Shown here one piece after another: positions 1 to 13,228 of a stretch of 64,000 nucleotides of DNA (position 1 is the first letter of the stretch; every line of letters starts with the position of its first letter). The notes beneath the pieces were generated by a model that made no database searches, had not been told where the DNA came from, and saw only the letters and a program-made list of their open reading frames with translations. The position numbers and the translations under genes are program-made. The stretch is taken from contig NW_025964223.1 of NCBI RefSeq assembly GCF_023055435.1, positions 24,986,001 through 25,050,000 on the forward strand, read 5' to 3'. The DNA is from Haliotis rufescens. Lineage: Eukaryota.

Positions 1-9
1 CCACAAGAC

Positions 10-325
10 AGAAAAAATGTGTTGCCATTTTGATTGACTAGTCAATGATCAATTGATCTGGATCCAGAAGTCTTGCCTTTTGTCCAATAATAAACTGAAG
101 AAATATTTCGCTATTTTGATTGACTCATTAATGGTTAAATCCGAATCTGGAAGTCTTGCCTTTTGTGCAAAAATGAACAGGAAAAATATGTTGCTATTTA
201 TATTGATTCATTCATGATGAAATCCATTTCTGGAAATCTTGACTTTCACGCACAATTGAACAAGAAAAATATGTTGCTATTTTGATTGACTCATTAATGA
301 TGAAATCTGGATCGGGGTCTGGAAA
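10..325. repeat. Degenerate tandem repeat of about 85-90 bp, about 3.5 copies
   Basis: Recurring gaaaaatatgttgctattttgattgactcattaatg...ggaagtcttgccttt. Confidence 0.75.
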
Positions 326-1712
326 TTGGTACGAGAAAGTGTCGTAACTCTGACAGATACGTCAGTCAGTCAAGAGAAGCGGCAACATGAACAGCTATGA
401 TCACCTTTGTTTCTCAGCAAGTCACTGTTCTCTGACCAACTAATATTTATTCTGGCCAATAAACTTAAAAACAATGTGTCCATATTAACAGGGTTCCACT
501 GTACAGATTTCCCTCTGTGACATTCTCAACAAGGGAGACAACTAGTGGTAATCAGTCCGTGCTGGAACTAAAGTCAGTTCAACATACATCAAAGTCAGGG
601 AATGTCAAGTAAAATGTTCTGATTTTATTCTTCTCTTGAGTAATAACGTTCAACCTACCAGAGAGTTATACTGTCAGCATGACCAATGTTTTGCTTTGTT
701 GGACTTTGTTACAAAGGACATTACAAATAATTCCATAAAAACAGACTAAGTCTGCCAAATTCTTAAAAGCAGGCCTAGATGACGCTGAGTTGTTAACTCT
801 ATGCTGGTCTGATTAACTCCCTGAGTTGAAGCTGCTAAAACAATTCAGTATGTTTGTTTCTTTCAGCTTAACTGGTTTACCACAGTTTCTGCTCTGTAGC
901 AAACAAATATTGATTGCTTCTGTATTTAGCCAAAACAGTCTGCTATGTAGGTTTGCTAAGTTGAAACAGACAGGATTAGCAGCAGCAAGCTTAGACAATG
1001 AAATGACAACATCATGTTTGGCCATAAATGGAAAGTCTTCATCATTTGTAGTATCTTTTCACAGAAAGCAATGGAAGGTATACTGCTCAACTTTTGCCAA
1101 GAACCACACCTTTGACAAAAAATTAAAATTTTGGCCTTTAGCAAATGTTGAGCGGTATACAAGCCTTGTTCTGTTCCAGCTTGCTCATGTCTGACTTTCT
1201 TCTTGTATGGTTCATTCCAAAATCTGTTTTCATCTTTTGGGGTATTTTTGATAACTAAGCAATTTTTTGCAATATGATAAAATGATGAAGAATGGATTGA
1301 GTGATGTCATATGACAAATCACCACATGATGGTAAGGTGACATGAGACTGCAGAATGATGCAGATGCTGTAGATAGTTGGAACAACAATCATTAATGATG
1401 GAGTGTGATTTATCATCCAAAACTGACTTCCTCGGGAGATATCATTTGGGTGAGATGAAGTGATAGCTCCTAGGAGATATTGGCACAACGAAATTGCATC
1501 ACAATGTTTTGCAGACTATTTTGACGTGCAAACCAAATGTCATCACTAATCTGTCTGCCACTGGAGCTGGTCAGCTGTACTGACTACGCTCAAGACACTG
1601 CTGTACTTATTACTGTTTACAAGCTAAAAAAGATGGAGGAATGATATTGGATGATGAATAGCATCTCATCCTCGTGACTTAGACATAAAAAATGTCAACA
1701 CTCTTTGATAAA

Positions 1713-1886
1713 AGGAAGATAACTTATGGGTGTCAACGTCTTTATGATGAGGACCACAGGAGTATATGCTTCCCCCTTCATCAGGTGGACTCCGAAACGT
1801 TGTGTTCCTCATTATAAAGCAGTTGATATCCATAAATTATCTATCTACCGTTTGTGTATCACTTCTAAATGCCTTTCAAAGACTTG
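1713..1886. mobile_element. Fold-back Penelope-like (PLE) mini-insertion with split hammerhead motif and 13-bp TSD
   Basis: Inverted arms (about 1724-1758 / 1801-1835), CACCTGATGAAG on minus, ACTCCGAAACGTTGTG on plus, TSD actctttgataaa at 1700-1712 and 1887-1899. Confidence 0.7.
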
Positions 1887-2371
1887 ACTCTTTGATAAAG
1901 TTTTTAAACCCCTCGGCAAGCCTCGCAGTCTTTAACTTTGATTGACTTGTGTTGACATATTGGATATCATAAGACCCTCCAGTGAGATCCTTTATAAACC
2001 AGGTACAGTCACTCTAGGGAGGATGTAAATGAAGTATATCCAGTCAGTGTGTAGCTCTGGTTGATAGCATGAAGTAGAGGTATTCTCTCACAGATAATAT
2101 TTCAGATTTTAATCCCAATCTCCATGATTAGTGTCTGTTTTCAGTTGATGTCTAGACATTGTAATTAGAGACAACTGTCAACTTGACTGATATACATTGT
2201 CAAATTTCAGTTTGTAGTCTGAAGTAATTTGAAATCTGTTGTGACCGCCAGTTGGTTAGAGCCTGTTATGCTTTTGGAATTCTATGTATTTCCTAGTATG
2301 GAAATCATTAATGCAAAGATCTGATCTAGTTTTTGAATCACCTTTAGAATTGATACTCATAAGAGAGAAAT

Positions 2372-2440
2372 AAGGATGTCAACTTCTTTATTACGAGGAA
2401 AACAACATTTTAGAGTAATACTCCTTCATTGGGTGAATGA
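2372..2440 (-). mobile_element. Degenerate PLE tail and hammerhead remnant
   Basis: Minus strand CACCCAATGAAGGAGTATTACTCTAAAATGTTG...AATAAAGAAGTTGACATCC resembles the 1713-1886 element. Confidence 0.55.
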
Positions 2441-4117
2441 TTGCCAGGGTGCAGAGAGAATATATGTACTGGTACATGTAAAAACAATGAAAGGAGTACG
2501 ATAACAAAGGTGGAAACTAACACGGGAAGTCAACAGTTAATTAGCGGCTATTGGTGATTAGCAATAAACAAATAAATGGAAACCAGGGGTGCTAAGTTTC
2601 CACTTTTATTGTTGGCATCCATAAATTCTCTCACTTAAGTCTGATCTACGAAAAAACTTATTAATAGTATCAGACAGAAGCATGGATCCAGGTGGGGGTA
2701 AGCAGGTGTACACACCTCTCTTTTTGAAACATACTGTAGATTTGGAAATCGTGGAGGTGATAGGGTGTATAAGGGTGTAACAATTCTATGACAAACTCAT
2801 TTTGGGATATACTTGCAAAAAAGTAAATGACTAACAAATGGAAATTGCTTCATCAGGTTATTTGCTTTCATCTCACACTTGTACTTGCTAAATGCATCCC
2901 TCCATTTCCAAGTGTGTGTCCATGCTTGGACATACATCATGGCAGGAAGGAGGTTGAACCAGTTAGACTACCTGTGTGAAAAGGTAACGGTCTACAGAAT
3001 TCGCATGATGACCTTTTTTAGGTTATCTGCTCTTAGTATATGTTATCCAATCAGAGGCAAGAATACAGAGCAAAAGACTTCAGATCACTTGAAAGATCTT
3101 CTGATTGGCCATGATCAAACACAGGTGGCAGATTCTTTTCTTAAATTATCAGTATTGGTTGGTTATCATGATGGCCACTGTTTGTCTCTGAATCTTTCAC
3201 AGGTGTAAAGAGTATGTTATGACGTTCAAGTTAAAAGAAACTGTTGTATTTTGGAAGGAAACACAACTATAGCTTTTTGCTTGTTTACTTGATGTTATTT
3301 AGAGGGAAACTTTGCCTGCATATTTCAGTGTTGTAACATTGTTGTTTAGTTTCAACACGTTTATGGCTAAATAATTACTTGATTCTGCCTACTTATAATA
3401 CTACATACAGAAATATTGTATACAGAAATATATGTACACATTTACATGATTAATAGGCAACAAATCATTTGTCGGAGCTGTTTTAATACTTTCTTCATTG
3501 ACTAGAAGGAAAGACATGAAGCTATGTATCCATGTTTCCGGGGCTTTGTTCATGATGTACCTTATCAGAATAGGTTTATTTGATGCATGGAGCTGAATGT
3601 TTTCGATGGTTTCACAGCCATGAGGGTACTTGTGGTTCTTCAAGACATCAAAATATAATATTAATTTTTATCTCCAGAGTTTTTAACTTTTCATTTTTAA
3701 TGTTAAAATATCTGTTTTTCTGACTCTCAAGATGACCATAAGTAGTTTCAGGTTTGTTTGATCATTGATATAGAAACTTCACTTCAGATGTTGTAGTGAC
3801 CAAATGTAGGCCTTGGATTTATGATTGCAATTAGATTACCTAACATTTGTTTTTAAGGCTTAGTGAGCTACAATGCCCTTGGGAATATGTCTTAAGGACC
3901 GTTTGGGGTAATGAGACTCATAATTGTTGCCATTGTTACTTATATATTTGTTGAATTCACACAGTTGAAACTATTCTGTCTTGAAAAGAGGTATGTTCAC
4001 AGCATGTAGAAAGCAAAGGTTATGGTAGAATTGATGAGTTTAACTGAACATGTTCAAGATATTTTCATTAAAACTGTATTAACAGTGTATCTATTTAAAG
4101 GCCACAACAAATGAACT

Positions 4118-4190
4118 GTTTGATTGGCACTCTAGAAGTTGGTGAGGAAGTAAGAAAACACACACCTTAATGGATAACAACATCTTCTTG
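4118..4190 (-). mobile_element. PLE-like tail fragment
   Basis: Reverse complement matches 49597-49660 (caccaacttctagagtgccaat). Confidence 0.6.
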
Positions 4191-5346
4191 TTCTGGTTCT
4201 GTTGAATAATAAATTAAAAATAACATTGCAAAAAGTGATATTTAAGTATTTGAAACTGATAAAAATAAACTACTGTTTCAAACTTTGCAAGATTTTATCC
4301 CACATTTTTGACAATTTGGATCAGTAGGCCTGTAAACCTGGTGTCGGATGTAGCCCACATGGATGTAACTAACACTGTTCACAGCAGCCGTGAAGAGATT
4401 CAGTGTTTCATGGTTCATCCTGATTATATGTACCAGGTTGAGATGTTACTGCATCTTATGTACATGTTCATACTCAGAATTATGTATTTTTAATGCTATA
4501 TTTGGATTTAGAAACGTTAATGCTAACGTCCTCTGTTCGAAAGTTGTATATCATGTAACCTAGATATATAAAACTGGTCTTGGTAACAATGCTTGGGGTT
4601 GACAGAATGTATTCTGATGTATTGTTAGACAAACCTACTTGATTCTCTAATCTAATATCAATATGTAATTTATAAAAGAATCTGCTAAATTTAATTTTAT
4701 AAATAAAAATGATTTGACATTATTTCAATTGTGAGATGACAAATGTTTACATAATATTTGATTGTATGCATGTGTATGTGTATTTGTTAAACTAAGTCAA
4801 GTTTCTATTGAAATATGTGTGGCCTTCACTACAATCTTGCCATGATGAAGAGCTTTTAGGAATCTAGAAGTATTTTGTTTTCATTTTGACTTTGTATTGG
4901 ATATTTTTGACATTGTTATCCCCAAACCATTAAAATGGGCATGTTAAGATTTGAAATATTTCTATTATTTTGAGACCTTTGAAGAAATTTTTTATAAAAT
5001 TGAAATGTTACCATGGTTACCATCTTGTTTTGAAGTAGATACTCACACAGATTCATGAAGATTTACATCTTGTTACCTATATCAATGTTTGTTAGAGTAG
5101 AAGTCTTCCAAGCGAATATAACTCATCATTAACATCAGTTAATATTCAAAACTCAAATAAGGCAATTTATTCCAGATTTTATGTTTTTCTCTGTTAATTG
5201 ATGTTATTTGATATTCAATAAATATATTTCTGATCAAAAAACTGTTCTGAAGTGTTTGTCATTAATGAATGTTGCCCAACACAGCAATATTCCTGAAAAT
5301 AGTCAAATCTTGACCTGGTAGTCCAGCAGTTGATAGCATGATCATC

Positions 5347-7304
5347 CACATTGTTGGGTACAGTGACACACAATCAGCCAGGTCACACATTGTTGGCTAC
5401 AGTGTCACACAATCAGCCAGGTCACACATTGTTGGCTACAGTGTCACACAATCAGCCAGGTCACACGTTGTTGGGTACAGTGTCACACAATCAGCCAGGT
5501 CACACATTGTTGGCTACAGTGACACACAATCAGCCAGGTCACACGTTGTTGGCTACAGTGTCACACAATCAGCCAGGTCACACATTGTTGGCTACAGTGA
5601 CACACAATCAGCCAGGTCACACGTTGTTGGGTACAGTGTCACACAATCAGCCAGGTCACACATTGTTGGCTACAGTGACACACAATCAGCCAGGTCACAC
5701 GTTGTTGGCTACAGTGTCACACAATCAGCCAGGTCACACATTGTTGGCTACAGTGTCACACAATCAGCCAGGTCACACATTGTTGGCTACAGTGACACAC
5801 AATCAGCCAGGTCACACGTTGTTGGCTACAGTGTCACACAATCAGCCAGGTCACACATTGTTGGCTACAGTGTCACACAATCAGCCAGGTCACACATTGT
5901 TGGCTACAGTGTCACACAATCAGCCAGGTCACACATTGTTGGCTACAGTGTCACACAATCAGCCAGGTCACACGTTGTTGGCTACAGTGTCACACAATCA
6001 GCCAGGTCACACATTGTTGGCTACAGTGTCACACAATCAGCCAGGTCACACATTGTTGGCTACAGTGACACACAATCAGCCAGGTCACACGTTGTTGGGT
6101 ACAGTGTCACACAATCAGCCAGGTCACACATTGTTGGCTACAGTGACACACAATCAGCCAGGTCACACGTTGTTGGCTACAGTGTCACACAATCAGCCAG
6201 GTCACACATTGTTGGCTACAGTGTCACACAATCAGCCAGGTCACACATTGTTGGCTACAGTGACACACAATCAGCCAGGTCACACGTTGTTGGCTACAGT
6301 GTCACACAATCAGCCAGGTCACACATTGTTGGCTACAGTGTCACACAATCAGCCAGGTCACACATTGTTGGCTACAGTGACACACAATCAGCCAGGTCAC
6401 ACGTTGTTGGCTACAGTGTCACACAATCAGCCAGGTCACACATTGTTGGCTACAGTGACACACAATCAGCCAGGTCACACGTTGTTGGGTACAGTGTCAC
6501 ACAATCAGCCAGGTCACACATTGTTGGCTACAGTGACACACAATCAGCCAGGTCACACGTTGTTGGCTACAGTGTCACACAATCAGCCAGGTCACACATT
6601 GTTGGCTACAGTGTCACACAATCAGCCAGGTCACACATTGTTGGCTACAGTGTCACACAATCAGCCAGGTCACACGTTGTTGGCTACAGTGACACACAAT
6701 CAGCCAGGTCACACTTTGTTGGGTACAGTGTCACACAATCAGCCAGGTCACACTTTGTTGGCTACAGTGTCACACAATCAGCCAGGTCACACATTGTTGG
6801 CTACAGTGTCACACAATCAGCCAGGTCACACATTGTTGGCTACAGTGTCACACTATCAGCCAGGTCACACTTTGTTGGGTACAGTGTCACACAATCAGCC
6901 AGGTCACACTTTGTTGGGTACAGTGTCACACAATCAGCCAGGTCACACATTGTTGGCTACAGTGACACACAATCAGCCAGGTCACACATTGTTGGCTACA
7001 GTGTCACACTATCAGCCAGGTCACACTTTGTTGGGTACAGTGTCACACAATCAGCCAGGTCACACTTTGTTGGGTACAGTGTCACACAATCAGCCAGGTC
7101 ACACATTGTTGGCTACAGTGTCACACAATCAGCCAGGTCACACTTTGTTGGGTACAGTGTCACACAATCAGCCAGGTCACACTTTGTTGGGTACAGTGTC
7201 ACACAATCAGCCAGGTCACACATTGTTGGCTACAGTGTCACACAATCAGCCAGGTCACACATTGTTGGCTACAGTGTCACACTATCAGCCAGGTCACACA
7301 TTGT
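5347..7304. repeat. 39-bp minisatellite, about 50 copies
   Basis: Unit cacattgttggctacagtgtcacacaatcagccaggtca. Confidence 0.98.
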
Positions 7305-8161
7305 GACCAACAGATCCTCATTTAGTAACCTTGTATGGGATCTAGTACATGCCTCTGTGTCCCCAGAGTCAATTACCTGTTGATGTCACATTTAGCTAGA
7401 ATTCGGTATCACAAGTGTTTCATTGCACAAATCCTCTGTAAACGTTTCAACAAGGGAGACAACTGGTGTTAATCATTCCCATTCAGAACTAAAGGCAATT
7501 CAAAGCCTGCAGTTGGAAATTATCTGATGATGTCATAGTGCAGACTGACATATAGTCCCAGAAATAAAATTATCTTACTTGAAAAATATATTTCTACAAA
7601 ATAAAACATAAATTCCAAATGTAGCTCAGAACGATCCTTAATATCAACTAGGGCAATCTAGACTTGTCAAATCATTCTAGACTTGAGTTGGACTTTCTAA
7701 CGCGATGTCCAACTCCGTGTCCACGTGAGTGAAAGGCAAGGATGTCACCTGCCATATCAACATAATCTAATACATCATAGCTGCATGCCTGGTAGCCTTG
7801 CTCCAAGGTTACACTGATAGAAAGGTCCATGGATGTGTTATAATTCTATCCTGATAATAGGCAAGTCTGGATAAGCGGACAGTTCTAAGGAAGCCAGTTG
7901 TATGGGGACAACTTGTTCTTATTATGTATATAATTTAGAAATTATTATTTAAAACTAATAGATATTGCCTTAGAGACTTGCCTGGGTGATGTTTTACATA
8001 ACGACCTTAGCGCAACAACTGCCGTAATTCAATGTTAAGGAATGGAAGTTACGATCACCTTATCGCTAAGATCGCTTTGTACAACGGCACCCACAACATT
8101 AGGCAGGGACAGACTGACCAGTTATGTTTTCCTGTATATTTCTGAGTCAATATTAAATTAT

Positions 8162-8163
<2 letters not shown>

Positions 8164-8250
<87 letters not shown>
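8164..8250. repeat. (CA)n microsatellite
   Basis: Direct reading. Confidence 0.99.
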
Positions 8251-8252
<2 letters not shown>

Positions 8253-8422
8253 CCCCATCCTCTGCAAGATTATCAAATGGTAGGTCCATAACGTTCCAAA
8301 ATAAGTTTTCTATGGGTCGATGAGTCCTTATACGAACTTGACAGAATTTCTCTATGGTAAATGGAACAGTTTGCACTGAATGTGTACTCATACGAGTTTC
8401 TACATAAATACTTCAGTTTAAT

Positions 8423-8684
8423 TGTTTGTTTGTTGTTTAACGCCGCACTCAGCAATATTCCAGCTATATGATGCCGGTCTGTAAATAATCGAGTCAGGAC
8501 CAGACAATCCAGCGATTGACATCATGAGCATTGATCCACGCAATTGGGATCGATGACATGTATCAACCAAGTCAGCGAGCCTGACCACCCGATCCCGTTA
8601 GTCGCCTCTAACGACAAGCATAGTCGCCTTTTATGGCAAGCATGGGTTGTTGAAGATCTATTCTACCCCAGATCTTCACGGGTC
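8423..8684 (-). mobile_element. SINE-like retroposon, family A
   Basis: Reverse complement starts GACCCGTGAAGATC and ends GGAATATTGCTGAGTGCGGCGTTAAAC(AAC/AAAC)n; 4 copies in the window. Confidence 0.85.
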
Positions 8685-8920
8685 AGATGTGATTCTTCAA
8701 TATCGTTTATTTTTCTTTAATCATATGATTGGATTAAAACTCTGCGTATTTCCGCAATGTAAACGTGATAGATCAGGAATGATACAAATATGCTGTGCTC
8801 ACAATGGCGCGCAGTATAGTTTTTCATAACATATGATACATATTATGATACGGATCAAACACACTCGGCAACAGAACAGACACGTGCGCCTTCATACAAT
8901 TTACGTTTCAGGTCTCAAAT

Positions 8921-9182
8921 GAGTTAGTGAGTTGGGTTTAACGCCGCTTTTAACATTATTCCAGTTATATGACGGCGTGTCAGCTTAATGTTGGAGGAAA
9001 GCCCGAAGTGATGCAGGTCCTTATACCTTTGCCTCTCCGGTGAAACCCACGAGCACGGGTATGGTGCTGATAAACCTAGAAACATAATCGGGGCGAGCCG
9101 GGATTCGAACCCACAGTCATAGGTTTCTGGCGTGCCCAAGGGAGGCAATTCTGCACAGACGACTGGGCCACCCGTGCCCCCT
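8921..9182 (-). mobile_element. tRNA-derived SINE, family B
   Basis: Minus strand has A-box-like TGGCCCAGTCG, B-box GGTTCGAATCCC and an (ACTC)n tail; homologous to 42510-42784. Confidence 0.85.
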
Positions 9183-9570
9183 TACAGGCCTCGAAAACTA
9201 CTGACCTTATAATTCTCATTTTATTCCACATTTCTTTAAAATTGTGCAAGCTCCTCACAGGTATACATCATTCTCTGCAGATAAATGAAAGCTGCACGCT
9301 TCGTAATGGAGCTTATCTGGACGAACGGGAGACAACTCTGGGCGAACTCGTTTTTCTTGAAACTTGAAACACAACAGTATTATAGGAGCTCATTGATCAT
9401 ATCAAACTTTGGTGTATTAACGCCCGGCTCACATGTGTCACCTTGAAAAAACTTGCGAATTTACATCGTCACCTACATTTTCATCACTCGTGACCAACTC
9501 TCGTTATTCCGGGACAGGCAGGTTACGGAAAGAGGCGAGAAGTGACGAATGAAATTTTGATATGTTACAA

Positions 9571-9714
9571 TGACGTCATAATATCGTGACGTCACAGTTC
9601 AAAGTTCATCACATCGTAGTATTGTTCTGCTAGCCCGCTGGAACAAAGACCGCTCTTGTGTTTTGAGACGTTTCATCAGTAAATTGCTCCACACAGGAAT
9701 CGGACGCCGTCAAG
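9571..9714 (+). promoter_or_regulatory. Putative promoter and non-coding exon 1 of paralog A: two CRE palindromes + DR1
   Basis: TGACGTCA at 9571-9578 and 9587-9594, AGTTCAaAGTTCA at 9596-9608, donor AAG|gtgagc at 9714. The block is conserved in B and C within diverged flanks. Confidence 0.6.
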
Positions 9715-10985
9715 GTGAGCACAAGAGAATACCTGGTCTTTTTAGACTTCCTGTGATTATATTTACCTACTTTACCACACTGAAATCTAAAAAAATGTTT
9801 CAAACCTGTGAGGCGGGAGGCATTGTATTTTACAGACATATATTATTTTTCAACAAACTGTTCAACGCATGTGGTTACATGAAGCGTGATTGTTTGGTAG
9901 TTCTATTGTATGGTTATATAAGAAACAAGACAAAACACGTAGCGATTTTCTTCGCCGTTGGTACTTAGGGACAGTAAAAAATTGTAAGTTGGGGTGATTG
10001 TGTTTTCAGTGAGGCGGTCGGGGATGAAAATCTAAACATTAATGTGTCAGCCGTTTCTGAATCAACGGTCTGATTCATTAATGAGGCCACACCAATTAAT
10101 CTCTGGTTCATAGATACTTATTTATTAATATTTAAGTAAATAAATATTAGCATCCGCCACGATAACCTATTAAATTCTCAAACCTTCCAAAAAGTGTTAA
10201 TTTCAAAACAAACTTTAAACTGATTAAATAATGAATTCGTTTTAACGAGGGCCAACAATGATCCCAGCGCTGTTGTATCTAAAATACGTTCACATAAATT
10301 TACAATCGTTGTATTCCGTTATGGTCACAAGTGTAAGTGTTTCCTTATATATACCTGGGTGCCGTTATACTAAACACCCACAGCGCTACGACTGTCGTAA
10401 GTCTATGTTAAAATGTGGGAGTTACGATCACCTTAGCGCTATAGAGGTCCAAACACATGTACAGTGTTTACAGGGCGAGTAGAACCAAATACCAAGGATT
10501 AAAAATATGGATTGAAAAGTATATTTTATGGCGCTGCACCTCTTTTCTCTAGCAAATCAACAACTTTAACTACTATTAATGGTCTGAAAATACGAAAACA
10601 TAGCGTTAATGATGCTCACGTTTCCATTATAACATATATCTATACTGAGGTATAGTTTTTACACTTGATATGCTTTGAATTTATGCATATGCATGCTTTT
10701 GTGTAATTACATAATAACTCAACACATCATGTGGTTCATTAATTCAGTCACCAAGTTATTTTCTTTTCGGGAGGGTGGTTGGATGTAAACAGCAACATTT
10801 TTTACTGATTGGCGCAAACTATTGCGAAGCGACATGCCACACTCTATAACATATTAATCTACATGCTAACTAGCTTTTATGAATAAAGCATATGTCATAC
10901 ATATTTAACTGATCAAAACATTGTTGATTTTTTTAATAACTGAAACTATTTTTTGAAAACAGTGTGACATCCAGGAAGCTAGGAA

Positions 10986-13228
10986 ATGTCGACAGTCGTA
11001 CCTGCAGCGACACAAAAGGACATCTTGTCCTCGTCGTCCTCGGTCTTGTCCCCTATTTCCTCTCCTGAAAGCATTACTCGCAAAACAAAACAGCCTTCCA
11101 AAGTGAAGACCCGGTTAGACACGCAGCCACACAATGTTGCGTCACGTGAAGATGCAGTAATTAATTCCGAGGACTACCGTTACATCATGTCAACATCGGC
11201 ATCTGACTTAAGTTCCTCTCAATCGTCATCCAAGACTAGTCCTGGGAGACCTAAAGCCAAAAAGCAAGCACGGGTAGATAACTCCATCAAACCTGGAGAC
11301 TACAAATATATCATGGAGACATCGGCGTCTGACTTAAGTTCTTCCCCATCGTCATCCAAGACTAGTCCTCGGAGACCTGAAGCTTCCGCCAAAGAGCCAG
11401 CACGGGTAGATAACTCCATCAAACCTGGAGACTACAAATTTATCATGGAGACATCGGCGTCTGACTTAAGTTCTTCCCCATCGTCATCCAAGACTAGTCC
11501 TCGGAGACCTGAAGCTTCCGCCCAAAAGCCAGCACGGGTAGATAACTCCAACAAACCTGGAGACTCCAAATATATCATGAAGACATCGGCGTCAGACGTG
11601 TCGTCATCTCCATCATGCAAGATTCTTCGTGAATCTGTCGGAGCATCTGCTTCGCCCTCTAGGCGCTCTCACAGCAGTCCTCGTGAATATGAAAGAGGAT
11701 CTGACAAACCAGATGGCAGTTGCTGCACATCACCAACGTCATCTCCATCGCCATACCCAAGGTCTCTTACAGGGTCCAGGGAATCTGTCTTGTCGTCTGA
11801 AATTCTAAGCAGCGTCTCCTCTGATTCTGAGAAAGTATTCGACCCCTTCGCGAAGGACCACCTTCAGCCCAGACTTTCCCCGAGGGAGCCATCTGTGGAC
11901 GTTCATTTCCCAGTCGCTGAAACAGTGTCCGAGGTATCCCTGGCAAACAGGAGCGATGAATCATGGTTTACCGACTCCAGGGAGTCGAACAGTTTCCACC
12001 AGGACGCACTACACATACGTAAGCTGATGCTGGACCTGGCCTGGGTCTGTGACAGGCAACAGCCCATGTCGGACTGGGTGTCCTCTGTTATCGTGTGGGA
12101 TGATGACGGTAAGTGATTCCATCAGTAGTTGGAACATCATCAGAGTAGTATCGAAAGAGAGTGAGTGAGTCGTTTTTAACAATATTCCTGCTTCATCACA
12201 GAGAGGACACCAGAAATAGGCACCACACATTGAACCAACACTACATGGATGAGCTGAAACATTTGTGAATTATATTGTGTATTGTCTTTTCTAGCTTTGC
12301 CATTATTTTTCTAAGTAGCAAATATGTTGATAACGAAGTTACATATGTAGTAGATGTAGTAGACGTAGTAGATATGTTGTAGATTTGATCATTCTTGTTT
12401 CTGTCTCAAAAGTTGCAAGCAACTTGGGTGTGGACTCTCTCCTGATCAGACTGAAGAACCGGTTTCAGGTGAGTCCAGTGATGTCTCTTGTCCATCTCAG
12501 TGATGGCCAGCTTCCTTACAAATACCAAGGCTTGGCAATTTAAAAAAGACAGAATATGTTTTCGCCCATTGCATCATGACATAGCATTTCTTTCTATGAC
12601 AGGCAGAGCCAAACGGTTTTTGGTGATCCAAAACACATTTTATTTCAGGGCTTCCAGAAAACAATACCTTTTTGGTTAAAACTTGAGACTTAATTATCTT
12701 AAACTAAGTTTAAATGCCAGGATTTAGGAGAACGACATATATTATTTCAAAATAATCCCAGAATATCAAATGGTGTGTATATTTCCCCTACCCAATGATA
12801 TTTTCCTTGTTGATTTCATCACTGTAATATCCGCTGAAATATCAACCTACTTTTCTTACCAGAGCACTTGGTGGCGCCTGACAAGGGGGAGGGAGACTCG
12901 GGTCCAGATCCTCAAGAAATCCAGCTCAGCATCCGGAGGCGGCATCAGCGGTGAGTACAGGGGTATTTGTTTAGCTGTTCGACAAGTTTAGAACGCCCCA
13001 TTGAGGCGAATTCGAACGAACGAAACCAAGGATACCTTTGTTGAACAGTAACAACAAATAGTTGAATATTAACATTACGTGTCAATGAAACGTTCTGTTG
13101 TCCTGAAGTTGCATTTCCTGTCTGTAGGTGGAGACGAGGACAAGACACCACATAAAGAGAAGCTGCAGAAGAGAGTGCAGAGGTTCATGTCCCGGTTCTT
13201 CATTTGTGGAGGACCATCACAGGCCTAG
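10986..13228 (+). CDS. Uncharacterised Ser-rich protein, paralog A (about 455 aa); coding exons 10986-12108, 12413-12468, 12863-12950, 13128-13228
   Basis: 1.1-kb ORF ending at G|gtaagt. Three small GT-AG exons join in consistent phases (1, 0, 1) without stops to ...VASNLGVDSLLIRLKNRFQ STWWRLTRGRETRVQILKKSSSASGGGIS GGDEDKTPHKEKLQKRVQRFMSRFFICGGPSQA*. Exons are conserved in 3 copies while introns 1-3 diverge. Confidence 0.75.

Noticed and set aside
813-5230. Short ORFs and a possible 3'UTR of an upstream gene (AATAAA near 5217)
   Set aside because: No recognisable protein motif or exon chain; UTR status cannot be shown from sequence alone.
5338-7383. 681-aa and 651-aa ORFs
   Set aside because: Overlapping frames of a 39-bp (multiple of 3) minisatellite, with no unique coding flanks or splice context.
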